NCBI GenBank assembly: GCA_964650045.1
Contig: CAZYRT010000006.1
Location: 3,576-67,575, forward strand
DNA length: 64,000 nucleotides
Reading direction: 5' to 3'
Source of the DNA: an uncultured Ruminococcus sp.
GTDB taxonomy: Bacteria; Bacillota; Clostridia; Oscillospirales; CAG-382
The notes beneath the pieces were generated by a model. That model saw nothing but the letters and a program-made list of their open reading frames with translations. It was not told where the DNA came from and ran no database searches. Position 1 is the first letter of the stretch. Every line of letters starts with the position of its first letter. The translations under genes were made by a program, and so were the position numbers. Below are positions 40,123-48,081 of this stretch, piece by piece.

Positions 40123-40557
40123 ATGAATAACAAAGAATATAACAAATACATTGAAAAACGCGCAGAACGTTCTCCTTGTTTATTAAACTCAATTAAAGCA
40201 TTTTTAGTAGGAGGTATAATTTGCTGTTTAGGCGAAGCATTTTCACAGCTATATATCAGCCTCGGTTCAGACAAGGAAACTTCCCTTCTCATAGCGTCAT
40301 TAACTTTGATTTTATTGGCAGGCTTGTTGACGGGTATCGGAATATTTGACAAGATAGCAAAATTCGGCGGCGGAGGCGCCCTTGTGCCTATAACAGGTTT
40401 TTCAAATTCTGTTACCGCCCCTGCAATTGAAGCCAAAAGCGAAGGCTATGTAACGGGTGTTGCTTCAAAAATGTTTACTATAGCAGGACCGGTTATTGTT
40501 TACGGAACATTTGCATCTATAATTTACGGTATTATATATTATATTACTACTCTCTAG
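40123..40557 (+). CDS. spoVAC: Stage V sporulation protein AC
   Basis: The N-terminus EYNKYIEKRAERSPCLLNSIKAFLVGGIICCLGE is typical of SpoVAC. An AAAGGAG RBS is present. Confidence 0.9.
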   Translation: MNNKEYNKYIEKRAERSPCLLNSIKAFLVGGIICCLGEAFSQLYISLGSDKETSLLIASLTLILLAGLLTGIGIFDKIAKFGGGGALVPITGFSNSVTAPAIEAKSEGYVTGVASKMFTIAGPVIVYGTFASIIYGIIYYITTL

Positions 40558-40565
40558 GTGATACC

Positions 40566-41558
40566 ATGATAAAAAACAAGCTTCATTTTAATAATGTATA
40601 TCTAAATTACAGTTCTGCCACAGTTGGCAAAAAAGAATATGAGGGTCCTTTGGGTGACCGATTTGATGCATACGAAAAGGATGAATATTTCGGTTGCAAA
40701 AGCTTCGAAGAAGCTGAAAGCGAAATGGTACGCAGAAATATTAATCTATTGATCGGAAAAGCAAATTTATCCTTCGACAATATCGACCTGATCATAGGCG
40801 GCGATTTGATAAACCAATGTGTAGCCACAAGCTTTGCAATCAGCGACACAAAAATACCTTTCCTTGGTCTTTACGGAGCCTGCTCTACCGCTGTAGAAGC
40901 AATTATTTGCGGTTCCTCTTTTATCGATGGAGGATATGTAAACAGCACAATAGGAATCGCATCTTCCCATTTCTGTTCATCTGAGCGACAATATCGCTTC
41001 CCCCTTGAATACGGAAGTATAAGAACGCCCACTAGTCAAAATACCGTAACAGGTACAGGAGCATTTTTACTTTCTGATAATAAATCGGACATTAAAGTTA
41101 AAAGCGCAATTGTAGGAAGAATCATCGATAAAGGTGTTACTGATGCTAACAATATGGGCGCAGCAATGGCTTGTGCGGCAGTTGATACAATAAAACGTTT
41201 CTTTGAAGATGATAACCCAAACAACTTTGACTTGATCATAACAGGCGATTTGGGTATTGAAGGTCATTCCATCGCCTGCGAAATTTTAAAATTAGATAAT
41301 CTTGATTTGGGAAATAACTTTACAGATTGCGGAATGTTGATATATGACAAAGAAAAGCAGGATACTCATTCGGGTGGATCAGGCTGTGGCTGTATAGCAA
41401 GTGTATTGGCAGGACACATAATGCGGTTATTTGACGAAGGAGCAGTAAAAAATGTCCTCGCAATAGGAACGGGCGCTCTGCTTAATCCCAATAGTGTTTT
41501 CGGTAAACGTCATATACCTGCAGTTGCCCATGCAATTCATCTTTCGAAGGAGCAATAA
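40566..41558 (+). CDS. spoVAD: Stage V sporulation protein AD (thiolase-fold)
   Basis: The protein is 330 aa and lies between spoVAC and spoVAE. It shows a thiolase-like pattern (GACSTAVEA). Confidence 0.9.
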   Translation: MIKNKLHFNNVYLNYSSATVGKKEYEGPLGDRFDAYEKDEYFGCKSFEEAESEMVRRNINLLIGKANLSFDNIDLIIGGDLINQCVATSFAISDTKIPFLGLYGACSTAVEAIICGSSFIDGGYVNSTIGIASSHFCSSERQYRFPLEYGSIRTPTSQNTVTGTGAFLLSDNKSDIKVKSAIVGRIIDKGVTDANNMGAAMACAAVDTIKRFFEDDNPNNFDLIITGDLGIEGHSIACEILKLDNLDLGNNFTDCGMLIYDKEKQDTHSGGSGCGCIASVLAGHIMRLFDEGAVKNVLAIGTGALLNPNSVFGKRHIPAVAHAIHLSKEQ

Positions 41559-41559
41559 A

Positions 41560-41913
41560 ATGAACTATTTGATTGCATTTTTAGTTGGGGGCGCATTATG
41601 CGTACCGGCACAAATACTTTTAGATAAAACCAAATTAACAAATGCCAGAATTTTGACGGGGTATGTAGTATCAGGCGTTATTTTGACGGCCATAGGTGCG
41701 TATGAACCGTTAGTAAACTTCGCCTCTGCAGGAGCTACTGTTCCTTTAACGGGCTTTGGTTTTTCATTAGTAAAGGGTGTTCGTGAAGGCGTTCAAGAAA
41801 ACGGTTTATTAGGCGCTTTACAAGGTGGATTAAAAGGAACAGCCGCAGGTATAAGCGCAGCATTGTTCTTTTCATTAATATGGAGCTTTATATTTAAAAG
41901 TAAACAGAAATAG
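41560..41913 (+). CDS. spoVAE: Stage V sporulation protein AE (AEB-type)
   Basis: Internal ATG 41560 lies 1 nt after the spoVAD stop. The sequence MNYLIAFLVGGALCVPAQILLD is paralogous to the SpoVAC membrane core. Confidence 0.85.
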   Translation: MNYLIAFLVGGALCVPAQILLDKTKLTNARILTGYVVSGVILTAIGAYEPLVNFASAGATVPLTGFGFSLVKGVREGVQENGLLGALQGGLKGTAAGISAALFFSLIWSFIFKSKQK

Positions 41914-41980
41914 AATCAAAATATAAATGATAGATATCTAAAAACTCATTTAACCATAAATTCAATGCGTTTAATCAAGC

Positions 41981-42007
41981 AAAATAAAAGCCCCGCTTTC
42001 GCGGGGC
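41981..42007 (-). terminator. Intrinsic terminator after regulator 42013..43071
   Basis: The stem is gccccgc-tttc-gcggggc. A T-run follows on the minus strand. Confidence 0.65.
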
Positions 42008-42012
42008 GAAAT

Positions 42013-43071
42013 TTATCTAATATATTCTGCGAGATCATAATCTGATAAATGTTGATTAAAAGGATTCATATAGAATTCCTTTCTCTTTGAAAAATCTTTC
42101 CAAACAACAGAAATAAGTTTATAAGCTTCGGCAATGGATTTTTCGCACTCCTCAATGTTACCAAGCTTTTTATAACATGCGGCAATGCACTGATAAAAAC
42201 TCCAATGAAACGTCTGCATACCGTCCCAAAGATATTGTTCCGCTGGATCTTCATAAATATCGTTCAAAAGGAATGTTTCAAGCACACGAAGCCCTTTTTG
42301 ATAGCATTTAAAAGCCTTGGGAATATAATCGTCAGGAATATAATCGTCAGGAGTATAATCGCGGAACTTGACATCAGGATGCTCATTCATACGGAACCAA
42401 GCGTTTCCCTCTTCCATACATGCTCTATATAAGTTCTCCAAATGATAACATCTGGAAAAAATTGCAGCGTCAAGTTTATCCTTGCCGTATAAGCGAAAAG
42501 CAATAACGTCGTTGCGTATGCTGTAATTCTGCGGAAGTGTTTCCAACACATCTTTTGCTTTTTGGTATTCTTCTTTTTTCAGATATACTGCCGCTTGTGT
42601 TTCTTTTGCAAAGCTCACACGAACAAAATCTGTACTTTCTGTAATGATTTTTTGTGAAATCTCAATCATTTCATCTAAATGAGAAGTGTCTCCCTTATCA
42701 CGCAAGTTGTATTCGTATGCTTCCAAAAGTGCCAAAAGCAAATCCTCATTGCCCGGATATTCTTCCAAAGCGTTCATCATAATTTCGATATACTTTTGTG
42801 TATCATCGAAGAAGTATTCCCAAGCATCATCGATGAGCTTTTGAATTTTTGCTTTCATTTCACGAACATCATAATCGAACAGAATGTCCATAGATACCTC
42901 AAAATATCCTGCAATCACGGGGATCAGCTCCATATCGGGATAGGTAGTTCCGCTCTCCCATTTACTTACCGCTTGCGGGGAAACAGATAGCACAGAAGCA
43001 AGTCCTTCTTGGGTAATACCTTTCTTCTTACGAAGTTCACGTATTTTATTGCCTATATTTATATTTATCAT
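42013..43071 (-). CDS. XRE-family HTH regulator with a long helical-repeat (TPR-like) C-terminal domain
   Basis: The HTH_3 motif is IRELRKKKGITQEGLASVLSVSPQAVSKWESG. About 290 aa of helical-repeat sequence follow. ATG 43071 has a GGAGGTT RBS. Confidence 0.75.
   Translation of the reverse strand: MININIGNKIRELRKKKGITQEGLASVLSVSPQAVSKWESGTTYPDMELIPVIAGYFEVSMDILFDYDVREMKAKIQKLIDDAWEYFFDDTQKYIEIMMNALEEYPGNEDLLLALLEAYEYNLRDKGDTSHLDEMIEISQKIITESTDFVRVSFAKETQAAVYLKKEEYQKAKDVLETLPQNYSIRNDVIAFRLYGKDKLDAAIFSRCYHLENLYRACMEEGNAWFRMNEHPDVKFRDYTPDDYIPDDYIPKAFKCYQKGLRVLETFLLNDIYEDPAEQYLWDGMQTFHWSFYQCIAACYKKLGNIEECEKSIAEAYKLISVVWKDFSKRKEFYMNPFNQHLSDYDLAEYIR
42320..42364. repeat. 15-bp tandem repeat inside the regulator gene (2 perfect copies and 1 degenerate copy)
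   Basis: GGAATATAATCGTCA occurs twice, followed by GGAGTATAATCGCGG. This encodes DYTP-DDYIP-DDYIP on the minus strand. Confidence 0.9.
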
Positions 43072-43205
43072 AAAAACCTCCAAGTAATTATTGTGATGCG
43101 CTTCACTGATTAAAGAATAGCACATATAAAAAGCTTTTTCAACAACGCTATATTAGAAAAAAATCAACCAAAGGTTAAATCGGTTGAGCAAAAACCCTTA
43201 TAAGG

Positions 43206-43232
43206 AAGAAAAAGCCCCGTTCTAGACGGGGC
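43206..43232 (-). terminator. Intrinsic terminator after regulator 43239..44351
   Basis: The stem is gccccgt-tctag-acggggc. TTTTTCTTCC follows on the minus strand. Confidence 0.65.
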
Positions 43233-43238
43233 AAGTAT

Positions 43239-44351
43239 TTAATGAATACTATCAAGCATCTGCACACACTTTTGATATCTTGAATCATTTGAAATTATAT
43301 TATCATCTGTTTCAAAACACATATTGTAGCAACTGTTCAAATAGAATTTAAAATTGCTTTTAATTTCCTCGGCTACGTTAATGTTACCTTTCATTTTGCA
43401 TTCGTTATAATCAAGAATAAGTGTATCCGTAAGCTCCTCAATAACTTCAAAAGCTTTGTCAATTTCGGATATAGAAATATACTCATTGGCAAGATTATTT
43501 AATGCGCTATACAACCACTTTGTATGAAGAGTTATATCAGGAAACTTTTTATAATTAAACTTAATGCCTTCCAAAAAATCATACCAAGCAGCAATCGCAT
43601 CTTGCTTTCTTGAATCGCCGAGCAGCGATATTCTTCGTGCTCTTACTGCCAAAGCCCATAAATAATGCTGAACAGCTTCGCTGCATACAGAGTTTGAAAT
43701 GTCAACGCATTTCTCGAATTCGTTCTTTTTGGAGTATATCTCCATCTCCATCGAAGCTCTTATACTTCCTCTTTGCGGCAGTCCTTCCGCAATCGCTTCA
43801 GCATTCGGAAAATCGTTATGATAAAGATAAAGAATGATTAGTGTTTGCTTTGCATCAATAACTCTTGTTGTATTTCTATCGTAATTTATTACAGATTTCA
43901 AAAGGTTGATTGCTTCGTTATAAAACTTATCTTTTTCATCTGTTGAGCCTTGGCCGTAGTAAATATGTCTAAGTAAGCTATCCGCGCATAAAAGTTTGAC
44001 TTCATAATCAAAAGGGTATTTTTTGATATGCTCTTTATGCAAAACGTAGCTTTCATAATATGCATTATCATCACGGCTATAAACTTTTTCTATGCCCTTG
44101 TTTAGCTGTTCCACTTCTGCATAGAGCTTTTCTCTGTCTGCGTTTTCATCACCGCCGACACCAAGCAAACAGTCGGTAGTAACTCCAAGTATAGCGGCAA
44201 GCGGAACAATCTGTGAAATGTCAGGCATAGCGTTATCGCATTCCCACTTTGAGATTGACTGCACAGACACCATAAGTTTCTCTGCCAACTCCGCTTGTGT
44301 AAGCTGTGCACACTTTCTTATTTCCTTTAATCGTTGTCCGAAACTTGACAT
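43239..44351 (-). CDS. XRE-family HTH regulator with a TPR-like C-terminal domain (distant paralog of 42013..43071)
   Basis: The HTH_3 motif is LKEIRKCAQLTQAELAEKLMVSVQSISKWECD. ATG 44351 lies 7 nt after GAGGAA. Confidence 0.75.
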   Translation of the reverse strand: MSSFGQRLKEIRKCAQLTQAELAEKLMVSVQSISKWECDNAMPDISQIVPLAAILGVTTDCLLGVGGDENADREKLYAEVEQLNKGIEKVYSRDDNAYYESYVLHKEHIKKYPFDYEVKLLCADSLLRHIYYGQGSTDEKDKFYNEAINLLKSVINYDRNTTRVIDAKQTLIILYLYHNDFPNAEAIAEGLPQRGSIRASMEMEIYSKKNEFEKCVDISNSVCSEAVQHYLWALAVRARRISLLGDSRKQDAIAAWYDFLEGIKFNYKKFPDITLHTKWLYSALNNLANEYISISEIDKAFEVIEELTDTLILDYNECKMKGNINVAEEIKSNFKFYLNSCYNMCFETDDNIISNDSRYQKCVQMLDSIH

Positions 44352-44398
44352 TTTGCACTTCCTCACAAAATCTAAAACGATGTTCTATGTGTATTTCA

Positions 44399-44427
44399 AG
44401 TATAGCACATTATAAATGAACTGTAAA
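44399..44427 (-). promoter_or_regulatory. Sigma-A-type promoter for regulator 43239..44351
   Basis: On the minus strand it reads TTTACA, a 17-nt spacer, then TGcTATACT. Confidence 0.45.
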
Positions 44428-44472
44428 CATAATGACGAGATATAAACTATTCGCCTAACGGTTGATTTTGTA

Positions 44473-44504
44473 GAAAAAAGCAAGCGAAATATAATCGCTT
44501 GCTT
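44473..44504 (-). terminator. Intrinsic terminator after 44526..44990
   Basis: A 10-bp stem (aagcaagcga / tcgcttgctt) with a 7-nt loop is followed by a T6 run on the minus strand. Confidence 0.65.
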
Positions 44505-44525
44505 AATTTTTCAATCCATTAGTTT

Positions 44526-44990
44526 CTAATCAATAAGAAGTTGCTCCATAGATTCTTTGCCCGTTACCTTCTCACCTAAATAATTCGCCCATTTTTCGGT
44601 AAAAAATGAAAAATACGACACTCTCTGCAATTTCCGTTTTCTATTGTAATAAGGTAAAAATCCCCATAACGTAGAAGGTACTCCCATCAAAATTAAATAT
44701 AACGGACCCAAAATTATAGATTGAATCGAATGTCCATATTCATGAACCAAAAGTCGCGCTGAAAGCTCCTCTTTTGTATAAGCATCTTTCAGCTTTTCAT
44801 AAAAATAAGGTTCATCGGTCACGAAAACAAACATCCCTAACGACACGCTTGATTTGTTCTTCCATTCAGTCACAATCGCACCGTGATATAGGTAATGCTT
44901 CTCTCCGATATTAAACAAGAATACGATAAATCCCAAAAAACTTTGAACTATACCCCAAGTTGCTTGAATTATAAAATATAAAACATTCAT
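44526..44990 (-). CDS. Small membrane protein with an HExxH motif (putative zinc-metallopeptidase-like)
   Basis: The protein is 154 aa. An N-terminal TM helix is present. HEYGH is followed by a hydrophobic helix. Its ATG overlaps the stop of the reconstructed upstream hydrolase frame (ATGA). Confidence 0.55.
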   Translation of the reverse strand: MNVLYFIIQATWGIVQSFLGFIVFLFNIGEKHYLYHGAIVTEWKNKSSVSLGMFVFVTDEPYFYEKLKDAYTKEELSARLLVHEYGHSIQSIILGPLYLILMGVPSTLWGFLPYYNRKRKLQRVSYFSFFTEKWANYLGEKVTGKESMEQLLID

Positions 44991-45708
44991 AAAACAGTCT
45001 CAATAAAATTTGTCAATCTATCATTTAGACGTTTTGCAAAGACAGGAGGAATATTATGAGCCGCTTTTTTCCATATCTCATATTTGCAATTTGCATTCAT
45101 CTCCTGCATTTTGATTACAGAAAATTTAATGTCATCATCTTCCCTTTCGCCGCTATAGCTAATATTGGAATTTCGACATTTTTAAATGAAGTTATACCAT
45201 TGTTAACAGAATTATATATTGTTGATTCATTTACATTTTGCATATATGCAACAAAGTCTTTTCTCGGCTCCTTTGGTAAACCGTTCATCAAACCAATAAG
45301 ATTACACATCCATGGTTTCTGAAGTGTATTATACTGTTTCATATTTTGCCGAATTATGTAATCCATCTTATCGCTATTTTTAATCAACCAAGGACTAATT
45401 ATTACAGCACCATGGAAAAACTCGGGATAATTTGAAACCAAAGAAAAAGCCAGCTGAGCTCCAAGCGAAAAACCAACAATAAATACTTTCCTATTTATAC
45501 TTTTAATTAACTCAACAATATCGTTGATAGCATCTACTGTTGTAAAAGTTCGTTCAGCCTCTTTGCCGAATCCTACTATATGAGGTACAATAATGTGATA
45601 CTTTTCGGCTAACAGATATTGCCGCCCGAATGTATGGACAAAATTTGCACCATGAAGCATTACCAAAGTAATTTCATTAGATTTTCCATATTCTTCATAA
45701 TAAAGCAT
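44987..45708 (-). pseudogene. Alpha/beta hydrolase interrupted by a 1-nt frameshift in a G run
   Basis: ORF 45115..45708 carries HG and the nucleophile elbow GFSLG. The C-terminal part, GEDDD..KAAHNIP (Asp and His of the triad), continues in another frame to 44987. The frames join if one G is added at the GGG run (45142-45144). Confidence 0.6.
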
Positions 45709-45812
45709 ATAATCACCGAACTTAATTCAAAATATTTTTCATACCAATTTTTCTATATAATATCACATTCAACACAATTATTCAACACCAATTCCCCATT
45801 CTTAATGACGAG

Positions 45813-45844
45813 AAAAAAGCTGTCGCTAATGCGACAGCTTTTTT
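45813..45844. terminator. Strong bidirectional intrinsic terminator at the end of the seven-gene operon
   Basis: The sequence is aaaaaagctgtcgc-taat-gcgacagctttttt. Confidence 0.75.
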
Positions 45845-45859
45845 ATGAAATCTAAGATA

Positions 45860-47047
45860 TTAACCTGTAATACCGCTACGTTCAACACCTTCGATAAGAG
45901 TTCTCTGAGCGAACAGATAAATAATAACAAGGGGAGCAAGAATAAGCAAACCGCAAGTATTCCTGATAGCAGACTCATAAGCAAGCTCTGCAACATAATC
46001 TGTATCCAAGGATTGAGGAATCTTTACGATATTAGGAAGAAGAATTGCATTTCTTGTACTTGTAAAGAACAAGCTGGTATAGAAGGTATCAGACCATTGC
46101 CACGAGAAGGAGAACATGAAAATTGTTACCATCATAGGAACAGCCATAGGAATAATTATACGAACGAATGTCTTAATTACGCCTGCACCGTCAACATATG
46201 CAGCTTCTTCCAATTCATCAGGAACGCCATTGAAATACTGACGCATCATGTAGATGAACAAGCCATTTTTAAATGCCAAACCGGTCAAGGAAAGTACTGC
46301 AAATGGCCAATAGCTGTTAAGCAGGTTAGGAGAATATATTTTCTCGGGATTTGAGAACAATACATCCATAACACCTACATCAGTAATACCCTTATTAGCA
46401 AAAGCTTGAACAAGAGCATCGTAGCCTGCCGAAGCACCGCCGTCATATGTAAGCATTGCAATCAAATTCTTAAAAAGATTAATTGTTCCATCATAGATTC
46501 CAAGAAAGTCAAACGCTTTAAATTTCATAAACATCGAAAGCTGAATGGTTTCATGAGGAACTATCATTGTGAAAATAACGCAAACAAATATAACCTTCTT
46601 GAATTTGAACTTAAACTTTGCAAAACCGTAGCCGACAATTGAACAAATCAAGGTTTGAGATACACCGCATAGCACAGAAAGCAAGGTTGTATTGAACAAA
46701 GCTTCAAAGTAATTGTTGTCGGTGATAATAGCCTTATACGTGTCAAGTGTGGGATTCATAGAGATAAGGTGAACCATTGTATTGGTAAAGTCATCTCTAT
46801 TCATAACCGAGCTGGCGATTTTAGAAATGTAGGGATAGATAATTACATAGGAAATACCTACGAGAAGTACGAATCGAAACAATGCCCAAGCAGCTTTCTT
46901 GGCAAAGTAAAGAGTCAAATACTTATAGCGGAGTCGCATAAGAAAAGGTGTTTTTTCGTCGGATTTGATCCTTTTTATAGCTTCTTCACGTTTGAGCTGC
47001 TTTTGATATTCTTTCAGCTCTTGTTTTGTCATAGTAGAAGTATCCAT
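45860..47047 (-). CDS. Carbohydrate-type ABC permease (MalG-like) with a long N-terminal extension
   Basis: The EAA loop is EEAAYVDGAGVIKTFVRIIIPMAVP. The protein is polytopic. An AAGGAGG RBS is present. Confidence 0.85.
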   Translation of the reverse strand: MDTSTMTKQELKEYQKQLKREEAIKRIKSDEKTPFLMRLRYKYLTLYFAKKAAWALFRFVLLVGISYVIIYPYISKIASSVMNRDDFTNTMVHLISMNPTLDTYKAIITDNNYFEALFNTTLLSVLCGVSQTLICSIVGYGFAKFKFKFKKVIFVCVIFTMIVPHETIQLSMFMKFKAFDFLGIYDGTINLFKNLIAMLTYDGGASAGYDALVQAFANKGITDVGVMDVLFSNPEKIYSPNLLNSYWPFAVLSLTGLAFKNGLFIYMMRQYFNGVPDELEEAAYVDGAGVIKTFVRIIIPMAVPMMVTIFMFSFSWQWSDTFYTSLFFTSTRNAILLPNIVKIPQSLDTDYVAELAYESAIRNTCGLLILAPLVIIYLFAQRTLIEGVERSGITG

Positions 47048-47064
47048 TTATGCTCCTCCTTTCA

Positions 47065-48081
47065 TTAAACATCTTTTCTTTGATAGAAGACGTATGCACT
47101 AAGCAATCCGGCAACAAGTGCAAGAACAACGACAACTATCAAGAAGTAAATCCAAGCCATTGCGGTAGAAACTTCTGTGTTACCATTGGAATAAACGGAA
47201 GAAATATAAGACATTACCGCATTTGATTCAGATGTAAAGGAGTCGATAATCGTATAAACGGCATTTACCAAAATCATGGGGCTTATCATCGGGAAGGTAA
47301 TCTTCCAGAAGGTTTCCCAAGAAGATGCACCATCGATATAACATGACTCATAAATTGCAGGAGAGATAGACTGCAAGCCTGCAAGAAAGATCAACATCTG
47401 TACACCGGATTTGTTTACGATGTCATAAACGTTGTTAATAAGGCCGGTTACATAAGTTACAAGCTCGCCGCCGATTTTCATACCTGAAAACAATCTACTG
47501 ATATCCATAGCAGAAACAATGCCTGCACCTTGTGTATCAGCATTAGCACCGGAACCGATAACATCAGAAGAACCTGCTGCAGTATCAACCATGTTCTCTG
47601 CGAGAGAGTTTTGAAGGTCGATAGATTCAATAATACCTGTAGAAACGATAACAGGGATAAAGAATATCGCTCTAAAAATCGCTCTGCCGCGCATCTTTTG
47701 GTTAAGAATAACAGCCATAAAGAGAGAGAAGATTACGATAGCAGGAACATTGAACAGAAGCTCTTTTACACTTGACCAAAGAGTTGTTGTAAACTGCGTA
47801 TCAGTCAAAAGAGCGTATCTGTAGTTTTCGAATCCAACAAACTCAAGAACATAACCACCGGTCTTTTGAATGATGATTTCATTAAATGAGAATGTGATAG
47901 ATTCAACGATCATGGGAAGATAAATTACTAAAAATCCGATTAGGAAGGGTGCTATGAACACCCAACCCATTCTGGACTTTTGAACATCGAGAGAACGCGA
48001 ACGTTTCTTTTCTGCCTTATTGGCTTTAGCCTCTTTTACAGGAGCTGTGTTTTTCTTTTTAATTGTTTCTTGTTTATTCAT
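47065..48081 (-). CDS. Carbohydrate-type ABC permease (MalF-like)
   Basis: The EAA loop is YESCYIDGASSWETFWKITFPMISP. ATG 48081 lies 7 nt after GGAGG and overlaps the upstream stop (TAATG). Confidence 0.85.
   Translation of the reverse strand: MNKQETIKKKNTAPVKEAKANKAEKKRSRSLDVQKSRMGWVFIAPFLIGFLVIYLPMIVESITFSFNEIIIQKTGGYVLEFVGFENYRYALLTDTQFTTTLWSSVKELLFNVPAIVIFSLFMAVILNQKMRGRAIFRAIFFIPVIVSTGIIESIDLQNSLAENMVDTAAGSSDVIGSGANADTQGAGIVSAMDISRLFSGMKIGGELVTYVTGLINNVYDIVNKSGVQMLIFLAGLQSISPAIYESCYIDGASSWETFWKITFPMISPMILVNAVYTIIDSFTSESNAVMSYISSVYSNGNTEVSTAMAWIYFLIVVVVLALVAGLLSAYVFYQRKDV

Noticed and set aside
40023-40436. A 137-aa minus-strand ORF overlaps spoVAC.
   Set aside because: It is antisense to a confidently identified spoVAC gene. 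It has no RBS and a low-complexity translation.
43072-44525. I searched for a short pro-peptide gene next to the XRE-TPR regulators.
   Set aside because: I found only 5-10 codon ATG ORFs without Shine-Dalgarno sequences, such as MNCKHNDEI and MTRYKLFA. Nothing is credible.
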